Positions 24,107-37,900 of a stretch of DNA of 64,000 nt are shown here, in pieces. The notes beneath the pieces are model-generated. The model made no database searches. It had not been told where the DNA came from and saw only the letters and a list, made by a program, of their open reading frames with translations. Both the position numbers and the translations under genes were made by a program. Position 1 is the stretch's first letter; each line of letters starts with the position of its first letter. Source of the DNA: Lama guanicoe (taxonomy: Eukaryota); contig MU053995.1 of the NCBI GenBank assembly GCA_013239625.1, forward strand, positions 1 to 64,000, given 5' to 3'.

Positions 24107-27100
24107 CCCTCATTTCTTTTTAGTGCTCAATAATATTCCACCCATTGTCTTGGTGTACCACAGTTTATTTTTCTATTCACCTACTGAAGGACATCTTGGT
24201 TGCTTCTAGCTTTTAGTAATTATGAACAAAGCTGCCATAAACATCTGTGTGCAAATTTTTGTGTGGACGTGAGTTTTCAAGTCTTTTGGGTAAATACCAA
24301 GGAGCATGATTGGAGGGTCATATTGTAAGAACATGTGTAGTTTCACAAGACACCACCAGGCTGCCTTCCTTAGGGGCTATACCACTTTGTGTTTCTACCA
24401 ACAATGAATGAGAGTTCCTGTTGCTCCACGTCCTCACCAGCATTTGGTATTGTCAATGTTTGGGAATTTTGCCATTCAGATAGGTGTGTAGTGCTATCAC
24501 ATTGCTGTTTTAATTTGCAAATCCCTAATGATATATGATGTAGATCACTTTTTCATATGTGTATTTGCCACCTGTGTTTGCTCTTTGATGAGGTATCTGT
24601 TCAGGTGTTCAGCCCATTTTTTAATCAGGTTGATGTTTTCTTATTGTTGATTTTAAAGAATTTATTGTATATTTTGATAAGAGGCTTTATCAGATAAGTC
24701 TTCTTGCAATTACTTTCTTGCACTCCGTGGCTTTTCTTCTCCCTTGACAGTGTCTTTCACAGGGCAAAAGTTTTTAATTTTAATAAATTCCAGCTTAGCA
24801 GGTATTTCTCTTATGGATCTTGTCTGTGATTTCTGTATCTAAAGATTCATTGTCATGCCACAAATCATCTAGGTTTTCTCCTGTGTAATTTTCTAGAAGA
24901 TTTATAGATTTGCATTTTACATTTAGGCCTGTGGTCCATTTTGAGTTTTTTGTTTGTTTGTTTTATTTGTTTGTTTGTTTTAGTGCCAGGTGTAAGGGCT
25001 GTGTCAAGAGTCCTTTTTTTGGAGGTGGAGGGGAAGTGGGGGCACCAGGAAATCCAGTTATTCCAGCACCATTCATTGAAAAGAATATCTTTGTTGCATT
25101 GTGTAGCATCTGCCCCTTCTGTCTGTGATCAGTTGACTGTATTTATGTGGATCTATTTCTGGGCTTTGTGTTCTGTTCCATCAACTGTATGTCTGTTCTT
25201 TCACCAGTGAAATCACAGGTCTTGATTCCTGTAGCTTTATAAGTCTTGAAGCAAGGTAATGTCAGTCCTGTGACATGGTGTTTGCTATTCTGAGTCTCTT
25301 TCCTCTCCATATATACTTCAGAGTCAGGTTTTCAATAGTGGCATGCTGGTGTTATGATTGGAATTGCATTGAATCTATAGATCCAGCAGGGAAAAGCTGA
25401 TGTCTTAAAAATATTGGGTCTTCCTATCCACTAATGAGGAAAACCTCTCCATTCACTTAGTTTATTGGCTCAAACATTCACGGGAGGATTCGATGATGCC
25501 GCATGACTATTTCCAGTGAGTATGACTATTTGGTGATGACATGTGAAAAGGAACCCAGTTCCTAGGCCTGCACATCTGGAAGAAATGCCTGCTTTCCTTT
25601 TAATTCAAAGGGGAGAACAAGCAGTCTCCCATCCGCTGGGATCTCTCAGGGCTGCTGTTGTGATCACTGGTAGCTGTCTGTAAATATAAAGTGGTTGGGT
25701 ATGTTTCCATTGAAAAAGGCTTTCTGAACTCCTAAGCGGAGAGTCGTTTATGAAGGTTTGATCAGACACAGAAAACCATTTAAAACTTTGTGTGTCTGTC
25801 TGTGTGAAAAGAAACCTTTATTGTTATGAGACACTGGGTGCTAGGAAAAGGCTTGCTAACCAGCAGAAAGTGTCATCTCCTTTGTTTCCTCACTGGCTAC
25901 ATTTAAGAGAGAGCCTGAGTTGGCAGGAAAGAAAGCTGGTTCCACCCCTTCAAATAAAAAACAGTCATTGAATCAAATGTACTATGCACAGATCACAGTA
26001 CAGCATATCATAAGAATCACCCTTGCCATCTTCTTCAGATCATGAGTGTAACCCATTTTATAAAAACCAGAGAGAGAGAGAGAGGGAGGGAGGGAGAAAG
26101 AGAGAGTGAGAGAAACTGGACAGAGGGAGAGAGAGAGATTGCTTTTGATTTAAGAATAAATATAGAAAGTCATTTTGTCTACAAAGCAGTTCAATCTGGT
26201 CCACAGCCATTAACATTAGTTAGTACTGGAACTAACTAAATGATTAGAGAGAGGCAGAAGCTCGCATGAAGGTAAGAACTTCAATCACTTGGACACATGT
26301 TTGATTCCCTGTAATAAAATCCATGACCTAAATCTCTGAACTTAGGCATTTCCAAGGAAATTACCTGACTTCCCCAATTGTGTTTAGGTTTAACATGATC
26401 AGTGAAATGCCTAACAGGCCCCAGAGGTCTTCTGTGTGATGAGACCAACAGCAGTAGTACTAGTATTAGTATTAGCATCTGAAATTTCTCTCTCTCTCCA
26501 AACAGGACACATCAGGCTTAGGAAGATATCCAAGTGGAAAGAAGGAAAAACAAGAGCAAAAAGAAACACAAGCAAACAAAAAAATAAAATAAAACTACTG
26601 ATGAATTTAAGAAGTTACAATTTTCCCCCAAAGGCAAGCAGCTGAACTCTCACTACCAGTGAGACTGAAAGGAACCTATTAAAGAGCCTTTACTCAGCAT
26701 TGGGTACAGTACATTCTTGCTGTTTTCATAAAACATGGTCAGTATTAATAAAAATCTGTATTTTAATAAAGTGCACGTTAGTATTATCAGCCTCATTTTA
26801 CAGAAACTGAGGCTCTGAGAGTCATCAGCAGTCCTGAAGTCGAGAACATTGCAAGACCAGGACTCAAACACAGGGAGTTCCGTTGGGGATGGAGAACAGG
26901 TTGTAACAGCAGAAGGTCTATGAATCATAATTATGGTACCTTAGCTTCTGAAATAAAACCGAAGGTGAATCACGACACGAGTAAGTGTACTTTGTAACCC
27001 CCACTCATTGAAGGCCCACTTGATTAACTCTGTCGACAACCAGGCAAAGGAAAAGGCAAATGATAATCAAAACGTTAGTTTAACTGCCTGCTGTGCAGGG

Positions 27101-28824
27101 TAATTCCTGATTGATATTAAAATTTACTCTTTTGCCTTTTGTCAGGATCATTGAGGCATGCCTGATGCATAGTAAATTGCACATCGTTAAGATGTTCAAT
27201 ATGGTAAATTTTGACTTAGGTACATACCTGTGAAATCATCACCATGGTCACGGTAAAGGACACACCCATTTGCCCTAAAAGTGTCTTTGTGCCTCTTAGT
27301 ACTCCCTACCTTTCCCAAGCCAGTATCCATGTAGCTATTTATCTGCTTTCTGATGCTACTGATAGTATTTCATAAACTCAGTTTTATATAAGTGAACTCA
27401 CACAGTAGAATGTCTTTTTAGTCTGGCCTCTTTTACTCAGCATAATTATTTTAGGAGCTGTCCATACTGTTATATGTGTCAAAATACTTTTTTCCCATAC
27501 TGCCAAGAAGTATTCCACATCCATTGTGGTGCTTAGATATTAATTCCTGGAATGATTCGTCAGTTCAGACATTCGTTTTCTTTCTACATCATGTATTTTT
27601 GTTGATGATGTTTAATTCACACGATTGCCTCAGTTAATATTTATGATGATTGGTTGAAGGCATTGGTCCAAAAAACTCTCAAGAGGGATCTAGGAAAGGT
27701 CGTTGCTTGACTCCTTCACTTACTCAATTATTCAGCATATACAAATTGAGCTCTTACTAGGTCCAAGACCCTGCTCCAGCTGCTGAGGACACAGTCAGAA
27801 AGAAAACAGTTGTGAATCTTGGCCCTCAGGTCCTTTTATGCCAGTAGACAACAGACACAATAAAAACAAAAATTATATTATTATGTTAGAAGTTGACATG
27901 TGTAATTTAAGAATAGTTGAACCAGCTAAAGGACCATCAGAAGGTGTCGTAAAGAAGCAACCCAGATTCTGGCCCACTCTCACAAATTGGACTGAATGTA
28001 GATAGTTTGCTCTGCGTCTCAGTCAATCGCACAAGTCATCAACCTCAAACAGGACTTTGAAGAAAACAAAGCGGCCATGAATGTCCAGGACTTAAAGAAT
28101 AAGCTGATCTTCCCGCTGGAACTCCCCATAGGTATTATGACTTGAGTCTATCTGGAGAAGAACGGAGAGAGAGTGGCCACCATAATCTCCTCCCGCAACT
28201 GTAGGAGTTAAGCCAGAGACTGTTAAATGGGCGGAACATGCTACAAAAACTCAAAGTTCATCACATTATGTTGGTAATGTCCCATTTTAGTTCTGGATAT
28301 AAACCTGGACCCAGGAATGTGTGTGCTTTGCTAATTCCGGATGTTCACATATTTGGTTTTGCAGTGGGGCGGGGCGGGGAGGAGAGACAACAAAGCAGAA
28401 CAAATGGAAGGTTCGGCCAAGACAACCCGTCTTGCTCAAAAATGTATGAAATGGGGATCCCAGTCCACAGCCAAAGAATGTTGGACACTTTCCCCAGGTG
28501 CAGGAATGTTTTTGCACGTAAGTTTAGGCAGGCTCAAGGAAGAAGTGTGAGGAGAGAGTCTCCGTACCTAGAGGAAGAGAACTCTCTCTACCTGCCTTGT
28601 GTACTTTTGCTCCAGTGTGATCTGGCACCCATCCAAGGCAGCCTGAACTTTCTGAGAAACTTGATTTCCTAGTCCCACTGCCTTAGCCAACTGTAGGATG
28701 GAGGTCACTGAGGCAGGGGAGCCGCCGTGAGGGTTAGTTTAGGAGCAGTGGGTGGGAAACCCTTACTCTGATATGTTTAGCAATTCTTCCAACAGGAAAT
28801 TTTAATCATGAAAATAAGGCAAGT

Positions 28825-29720
28825 TATTTTTTTTTTAATTAATAACATTATTTTTTGGAACACTTTTGTGTTCACAACAAAAATGAACAGACTGTACATA
28901 GATTTCTGATATCTCCCTACCCCCTCACACAAAAACGAAGTCTACCCTCCTCCCTACTCCACCCTTCCCCTATCAAAAGCAGTCACCCACAGTGGTACAT
29001 TTGTTACAGTCTGTGAGCCTACACTGACACATCATCACCGAAAACCCATAGTTTACGTTAGGGTTCACACGGGTGTTTGCCCAGTCAGTGAGTTTAACAA
29101 GTGCATGGTGACATGTACACACCTTTATAGTATCACACAGAAGAGTTTCACTGCCCTAAAATTTCCCTGTGCTCCACTCATTCATCCACCCCTCCTGTCT
29201 AACCTCTGGCAGTCCCTGAGATGTTTACCATCACTGTAGTTTTGCCTTTTCCAGAAACATCAAGTATGTAGAGTTTTCAGATTGGCTTCTTTCATTCGGT
29301 GATATGCATTAAAGTTTTCTTCCATGACTTTTCATGGCTTGATGGTTTAATTCTTTTTAGCACTGAATAATATTCCATTGTCTGGAATAGAAAACTCACA
29401 ATTAATTTATCCATTCACCTACTGAAGAACATTTGGTTGCTTCTAAGTTTTGGCAATTATGAATAAAGCTGCTGTAAACATCCACGTGTAGGTTTTTGTG
29501 TGAACATAAATATTCAACTCTTTGGGTAAACACCAAGAAGTGTGACTGCTGAATTCTATGGTAAGGGTATGTTTAGTCTTATAAGACACTGTCTTCCAAA
29601 GTGGCTGTACCATTTTGCATTTCCACCAGCAATGGGTGAGAGTTCCTGTTATTGCATATCCTCTCTAGCATTTGCTGTTGTCAATGTTAGAGATTTTGCC
29701 AGTATAACAGGTATGTAGTG
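28825..29720 (-). mobile_element. Old L1 3' region; mirror of 1-656 that continues past 29480
   Basis: Reverse complement of 1-656, followed by contiguous L1 ORF2 3' sequence (ccaaagtggctgtaccattttgcatttccaccagcaatg). Confidence 0.8.
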
Positions 29721-31860
29721 GTACCTCTTTCTTTCTTTTTTTTCTTTTTGCCTTACAATTTCTTAATAGATGTAAACATGTTACAGTTGTCTATTTCCTC
29801 TTGCATGAACTTTGGCAGGCTTGTCTTTCAAGGAACTGATCCATTTCATCTGGGTTCTCAAAATTATGGTCGTAGAGTTGTTCGTAATATGTCTTTAAGG
29901 TCTTTCCAAAGACCGTGGGATCTGTACTGATGTTTCCTCTTTCATCTCTGTTGTCAACAATTTGTGTCCTCTCTCTTTGTTTCATGGCTAGAGGTGTATC
30001 ACATTTATGGATCTTTGCAAAGTGCTACATTTTGGAAATTTTAAAAATTTTTAAATTTTTTCTCTATTGATTTTAAATTTCACTGATTTCTGCTCTAATT
30101 TTTAAATCACTTCCTCCCATTTGCTTACTTTGGAGTTAATTTACTCTTCTGTTTTTCTGGTTGCTTTGGGTGGAAAGAAAGCTTTGATCACTGGCTTTTA
30201 GATCTTCTGTTCTAATACATGCATTCAGTGTTAAAAGTTCCCTCTAAACACTGCTGTTGCTGCATCCCACAAGTTTTGGTACGTTGCATTTTATTTTTCA
30301 CTTAGTTAAAAATATTTTTATATTGTTGTTGCAGTTGCTTCTTTGACCATGTGTTATTTGCAGATACGTTATTTAACCACCAAGTGTTTTTGGATCTTCC
30401 AGCTGTCTCTCTGTTCTTGACTCTAGTTTAATTTCACTGTGGTCTCAGGGCAAACACTGTCTGATTTTTATTCTTTTAAATTTCTTAAGGTTAGTTTTGT
30501 GGCCCAGAATGTGGTCTACTGCAGTTATTTATGTGAGCGTGAGAAAACTTGCTCTTGTGAGATGGAGTAGTCTATAAATGATCCATTATATCCACTTGAT
30601 TGATGGAGCTATAGAATTCAGCTGCATCCTTACTAATTTTCTGCCTACAGAATCTGCTCATTTCTAATAGATGACTTTTGGAAGCCTCCCACCACAAGAG
30701 AAAATGCATCCATTTCTCTTCTGCTATCAGTTTTTGCCTTACATAGTCAGAGCCTGTGCTGTAAGTTATGTACATATTAAGGATTGTTTTGCCTTTTTGG
30801 AGAACTGACCCCTTTATCATTATGTAATGCCCCTCTTTATCCCTGATGAATTTCCTTGCTCTGAAGTCTGCTCTGTCTGAAATTAATATGACTTTCATTC
30901 TCTTTTGATGAGTGTTAGCATGGCATGTCTTTCTCCAATCCTTTACTTTTAATCTGGTGAAGTCTCTACATTTCAATGTGCTACTTGTAGAGAACACATA
31001 GTGGGGTCTTGTTTTTTGCCCTACTTGGACAGTCTCTGTCTTTTAATCAGTGTATTACAGACTGTTGATGCTTAAGTGATTACTGGCATAGTGGGATTAA
31101 TATCTACTCTATTTGTCACCACTTTCAAACTTGTTAGCCTTGTTCTTTTTTCCTATTTTTGTCTTCCACCCTTTTTTCTGCTGTCTCTGGATTTAACTGA
31201 GTATTTTATATGATTGCTTTCCTTCTCCTTTCTTAGGATATCAATTATACTTTTTTCTGGTTTGGTTTTGTTTTTCTGTTTTTACTTTTTTTAGTGGTTG
31301 CCCTACTGGTTGCAATATACATTGCAACTAATTCAAGTCCACTTTAAAATAACACTTCGTGCATATTTTGAGCACCTGATAATAACAAAATGTTCCTAGT
31401 TTCTTTCTTGTGTCCCTTGTGTCACTGCTGTCATTCTTACTCTTACTTAGGCATATGTAAGTACATATTTTTTATCTTACATGGTAAATACATTTTTTAT
31501 TATTATTTTTAAGAATCTCAGTTTTATATAAATTAAGAAGACTAAAAATAAGCATAAATTATTTTATCTTCAATATTTTTTGTCTAATGCTAGCTTTTTC
31601 TTTATGTGAATCTGTTTCTAACTTATATCACTTTTCTTTCTGTAGATATATTTTGAAAAGTGTGTAATGTAATATGTATTCATGTTAATGAATTCCTTCA
31701 ATGTTTGTTTCCTGAGAACATTTGTATATTCTCCACTAGATGAGCTGTTTTTCAAACTACAAACATCTAGATTTTTTTTAAATTACCGTCCTGGTATATT
31801 CAAATCCTATTTTTTCTTGCTTGCATGGTTTCTTAGGAGAAATTTGAACCTGTAACTCAC
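29720..31860 (-). mobile_element. Old L1M, ORF2 endonuclease region and upstream sequence
   Basis: ORF 30572..30997 has L1 EN motifs HAN, ILISD and RDKEGHYIMIKGS; ORF 29791..29985 has YYEQLY...DEMDQFLE. Confidence 0.85.
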
Positions 31861-34809
31861 ATTAACCATCTCTATTGAATTACCAGTGAACTCAAATTTA
31901 GTGTTTTTCTCTTCTAGAATTAGGCAACCCTCTGAGTTTTTGAGCTTTTCCAGAAGATGAGTGAGCCATATGGATGTCAGTTCAGCTTTTAACAATGCTT
32001 GCTAAAAGATGTACAGTTCCTGGGATATAACTTCCAACATCTTAAGACGATAATCCCTCTATCAGTGTGTTTTTCACATTGGCTTACAGTGGCTGCTTCT
32101 TAAATATATGTGAATTAATTGTGTCAATGCTACCATACTATCTATTTATATAGCATATATTTCATACATATACAGATATACATATGGAGTATATTCTGCC
32201 AAAAACACTTCAAAAATATCTATATTCTTATTCTCAATGTGATGTAATATCCGGTATTTTTACTTTATTTCTCTGTCAATACCCAAGTCATGTTTTTGTG
32301 CTTCCTCCTATTCTTCTCCATCTCCTCCTATTATTTTGACCATTTTAATAATTAGGGCGACTCTTCTTACCCTAACATGGATTTCTTCCCTCACTCCTAA
32401 TCCAATGTACCTTGGAAAGGATAAATTCGTGCTATAAATTAATCAGTGTATACTGTAAAATTTTTGTTAGTAAATTACTGTATTTCTGAGCTAGAAGTCA
32501 TTTTCCATTTTTATATGCTCTCATTATGTTTAATAGTTATTATTCACTTAATAATTTTATGCTGCCTCATTTTCTTTAAAATAATACCAAATAAAGAATT
32601 TATTATTTTTTAAAGTGTTTGATGCGATGTAAAGTTGAGACAGTTGTGGATTACATTCTTATTTGTTACAGCTGTCTAAAAACAAACCAAAATGGACAGG
32701 TATAATTTTGGTTAGATTCAAGACTTTCTTTTAAGAACATCAATCAAATGTCCAGTTTACAAAACACAAGAAATTATTTTTCTTAACTGTCAGAAGACTT
32801 ATTAATTTTTTTCCAGCCAAGATATTTGTGAGAGAACCTCTCAGAGGGAAACAACTTAGTATGCAAATTCAGGATCAGGCTGAGGTGTCAACTTTAGGTC
32901 TTTTCTGAGCCTGTGACTTTTTTTGGCATGTGTGGTGATTTTCTAAATTTATTTATATTTGCTGTTGATTTTGACAGTTCTAATGCTTGTACATCAAGCT
33001 CCCAGAAGACTTAGAAAGGAAAAATCCCTTTAAATTCTCTGGAAGTTGCTTCAGCTTCAGGAAATAAATACAATGATGGTGGTATGAGTTCCAACAATAA
33101 CTACCCACCTCTGTGTTTGTACCTCTGTGATAATCAGCATTATTCAGATGTAAGATCATATAACATAGCACAGGACACAGTTCTGAATCCTGTATGCAAA
33201 CGACTCCAGAAATACATACAGGGCTGCCAATGGCAGGGTTGGTTTGACATTACTTAGCAAAGCGCTGAAATCAACAAAAGTTGTAGATCAAATTAAATTA
33301 AAATAATTGCATATTTTAGCACATATAAGTACATTCTGATGGAAATTCCCATAGCACAGGAAGAAACTAATTTAATATTAATGTATCATTACCTTTTTTT
33401 GGCCAATATTTGTACTTCTTAGAAAGGCATAAAAGTGTCATTCAGTTTACAAACATCCAATGCTTTCTTCACTTATTTCCTTTTATTTTAAGACACTAGA
33501 GTTTTAAACCTAGAAGAGACATTTTGGATTGAAGATTAATTATAGAGGGTGGTGAAATTATAAAAATATTTTCTACTTAGAGAATTTTTAAATAAATAAT
33601 GTTATCTTTTGGGGGGTCATGGGAGAATATGAAAACCTCTTTCCGCAGTTGTGCTTTTTAGATCAAATTGGTTCAAGGTCTTAATGGTAATTGTGGGAGG
33701 TCCAAGTAACAAAAGTATACAGTGTAAGACAACCAGATCTATTACATGGGGTCTGAAAGACTGAAAAAAAAAAAGAAAGAAAGAAAGAAAAGAAAAGAAA
33801 AGTGAAAAGAAAAGACAACAATTAAAAATAGATCTTCACCTGAAATAGTTTCATAGAAAATAATAAATTGACTTCAAAAAGCCAGGTCATACACTTTTTA
33901 GGTCTTGCACATAGATCCTGCAAAAGAAGATTTACAATTGAAAAATAGCATCACATCATTAAATTTTATAATAGGATATCTCTATAATTTGGTTCTATAT
34001 TGTAGATGTAGATCCTTCTATCTGAAATAATATCCTGCTCTCCCATAAGCAAGAAATTCATGTTTTTGTTTTTTTTTAATGTGTATCTGATTATCTCAAG
34101 CAAAAGGAGATTGATCAGGTATAAAAGATTTGGTATGGAATTCTGATAGGAGAGCTCTTGAACACAAAGTTTCAGGTTTGGATACAGAAGAATTTCTCCA
34201 CATTAGTTATCATACTCTCTCTTGGCTTAGGGGAGTGCTTCACAAATCCACATCTTGGTATCCACTTGGATATAGATTCCATTTGAGGAGAGAAAGTCTC
34301 AAGAAGCAGAGGGGAAATAGGATCCTTTGTGAATTTTATAATTTCAAACAATGCAAAAATATCATGATCCAATATTGGCAACTCTCCTGCTATCGAGTGC
34401 TCTGTTCATAGCCATATGGAAAAAATTATATTTTAGAGGCTGGTCTAGCCAGTTCAGGGCCCTGCCTAGACATGGTGGTTTAAAAAGTACATACATACCA
34501 ATATTCTGGAACAAAAAGCATAAGTTTGCCTAGTGGTGAAAGAAAACCTACTTTTCTTAATTTAACGTAAAGCAAGTTGTTATGACTGCTTTCATTAATT
34601 AACTTTATACTCCTCAAATAATAGCTGTGTTTGGGCTTACACAAGGAGAATTGGATGGCAGATAAGTGATACTGTGAGGCAGAGGTCATCATTTTCAATT
34701 TTTCATGTCATCAGAGCATAAACAAAGTGAAAAATATCCAAAGAAGCTAGTTCCTCTTAAATTTCCTACAATATACAATGTTGAAGCTCAAATACTCCTG
34801 TAATCCAAG

Positions 34810-34977
34810 GGGAGGCAAAATTTCCGAAGACATTTTTTGTTGTTGTGATGAGGGAAAGTAGATGATTTCATACAAGCATTAGAGTATAGACACCAGAGAT
34901 GCTACTCAGCATCCATCAATGTATAGCACAATCTCCTCTCTCACAAATCATTTGTAGTACTAAAATTGAGGCGCCCC
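34810..34977. mobile_element. MER20-like DNA transposon
   Basis: gacattttttgttgttgtgatgaggg and ccagagatgctactcagcatccatcaatgtatagcaca. Confidence 0.6.
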
Positions 34978-37900
34978 ATACTAACACATATCCTAAACAG
35001 TAACTCATTTAAACACGCCCTAACTGATTGAATGAATCAGAGTTTGATTTGATAAAACAAAATAACCTTAGCAACCCAGTTAGCAATCTATCTTTCCTCT
35101 TTCTAACCTCACAGAAAATTGTTAAATGAATGCAAGCATGACTTAAAAAAAAAAAGACTTATCAAGAATTTTCTTAAATATATTTCACTGCAATACTGCC
35201 ATTCTCCAGATGCTGGTGTGTGCCCCCCAACTATTGAAAACACTGTAATAAAATGTATAGCTGCAAGTGACTCTTGGATAAGCTTATTAAAATATGAGTC
35301 ATAAGAAAAACATAAAAAAACCTTTAAAAACTAGTTTGTTTAATTATTGCTGTACAGTTTAAGGAATTTATGCTAAAATGCCTTTAAATGCAGGACAGTA
35401 AGTGATATATATAAATATTCAAGCCCAGTAAAATGATATTTGATTTAATAACTCTGGGTTGCTTGTTCTTTTAATTTTTCTCATCAGAGATAAACTGGCT
35501 TAAGTTATTCTAATTCTTAATTTAAAATTTTTATGATTATTATTTTAAAGTAACAAAGACTCCTGCTCACAGTTTGGAGAGTTTTATTGTTTATCCCAAT
35601 AGAGAAGAGAATAATTATTGTACTTACTATAGAAGGATGGCATAAACACCCTCTCATCCTTATCAGAGACAAATGGAATCAGTGTATTTAGGATACAGAT
35701 TTGATTATTTCCCCAGCATCCAAATCTGTTCATTATTCTCTAATGGTTGGTGTTAGGTATTAACATAATTGGTGGTCATTCTGGTATTAAACATGGCTAC
35801 AGAGACCCCCAAAATACCTATCTTAATATCACTCTAATAGTACTGGTAGTACCTTGATACTAGTATCAATTGATATTAGTAACAATCTAACTGTTAATAT
35901 TAAACAGAATTTTCCAGGTGAGTCTGTATGCAAAATAGATTTCCTGTGAGATGTTTCTAGAAGTGTACTCTCTATGAGAGGCTCTTAATAGCTGAGTTCA
36001 AAAGAAAACACAGCAAGAGCACAGAAATCACTAGGTTCCCCCCACCCCCAACCACACACACACACACAGGAAGTCTCTTACTGAAGACCACAAAGCACAC
36101 AGGCAGCTTGCAGAGAAGAATGCAACCCACACTGTGCTAGGAAGTGCTCAAGGAAAGGCAGGGTTTGCTTCTCAGCCAGTCTTAGTCTTCTGATTACATC
36201 CTCCCACCCAGCACACTTGACTATCTAGGTGATTACTTCTGCAGCTCATTTCAATTATTACAGTGATGGTTTTAGAATCTTTGATCTAATCAAGATTTGT
36301 CATGCCTTTTTTCTCTTTTGGACTTGAATTTAAATGGGACATAAAACCAAAAGGCAATGATTCCAATTTTATTTATTCACTCATTCCTTTATTTTCACCT
36401 CAGCAATAGTTTACAGAAAAAGAGATTAATACAATGACAAAACGGATAGGTATAAGAAGCTATTACATGGTGGCTGTAGCTAGATAATTGCTAATTATAG
36501 CCTATATAGAACACTTTTTTAAAAAACTGGATTTTGTTTAGTTGAAAGTGCTTCTTTGGCTATCAAGCAGTTTGAACTTGAGGATGAGGAATGGAGAAAT
36601 TGGAAAAAAGTAAGACAAACTATTCTCTGAGATTTTATGAAAGGCTCTTTTCCTTTGCTAACTCTGTCTAATGTAAGAAAAAAATCAGCTCAGTAGGGAA
36701 ATAAATTTTGATGAACTAGCAGCATGATTGCAGTTGAAATAAATAATGAAAAAGGTCATTTTGTTTGGTTGGTTTTATCTTTGTAGTAGAAGTGTAATCT
36801 TGCACAGCTTGTGAGCCCACCTTATAAATTATGGACTTCGTCTGCCTCGGCAGGGGCAAAACTTGACCCAATGCCACCAGGATCTGAACATGAGGTTCCT
36901 AGGAGTCTGAGCATCTTCGGGCCCCCCCGGCCTCTCCATGAGTGTTTGTTCAGTCGTGACAAATAACATCAATCTGACCGAGGCCAGATTCCTAAGAGAA
37001 GGCAGCTAAAAGCTATTCTCTTTTAGTCTCATTTCCCAGAAGGGCTCACTCAGCTGCCTGGGTGGGGGGCAGGGCTCCTCCTTCTCTAAGCGATCGCCTT
37101 AGAAGTTCGGGGGGCTGTGTCTCCAGGGAAAATGACTCAGTCTGTGGAATTCTTTAAGAGCAGCTGAGAAAATGCCCTGGGTCCAGGCCTCTGCTCTGCT
37201 GAATCCAGCTTGTGGTCCTGTTCACGGTTGTCCTCAGAAAAAGAACAGTCTGAGAAATCACATGGCTCTTGTCACAGCATCTAATGCTCGAGCCAGATAG
37301 AAGCCGTTAAGGGCGTCTTGTGGGAATGTTCTGGCTGCAAGATCTACCTGACTGTTGTTCTGAAACCACCGCTACCTACCGCGTGCTTGCAAGAACCCCC
37401 CAGAAGCTCCCTGCTTCACGCGGCCCCTGAGAAGGATCACACAGCACAGTACAAGTTGCTTTGTCTGCACTTGGGGTTTTAAGGTATCTGTGGCTCCTTC
37501 CCATCAGTAAGTGTCTCCATTAGCACAGAGATGCTGCAAGACAACACAGAGGCGACTGTAGGTCCAGCTTCACTGTTCCACTGGGGCCCTAGGGAGTCGC
37601 TGGGACATCTCCAGGGCTAAACAGTTTGGCAGGGGGACTTCCAAAGAACCAATGGGCTAAGACAGAGGAACATGACTGACCGATAGCAAGATGGTTCTGG
37701 AAGATGAGGCAGATGGGACTGGCATGGGCAGGCTGGTTTGTGAGGCCAGAAGGCTTGCAGCCTCCCCTGCTGAGTCCGGCACCCACCAAAGACTAATTAA
37801 AGAATGTGGAGGAGAACGTGATCTCAGGTAATGTTCACCCCAGGCCCCACAAGTTAGCTCCGTGTCTCCCCCAAGCACTGGCTGAGGCGTCTCTTTTTTG

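Larger units (their letters stand above)
18303..29480 (-). repeat. Right arm of large inverted repeat
   Basis: 29461-29480 GAATAAAGCTGCTGTAAACA is the reverse complement of 1-20. 18303 onward is the reverse complement of 11179 backward. Confidence 0.98.

Noticed and set aside
33840..33918. Minus-strand 78-nt exon (TCTTCTTTTGCAG ... CAG/GTGAAG)
   Set aside because: Weak donor, unrecognisable peptide and no partner exons; likely chance in AT-rich DNA.
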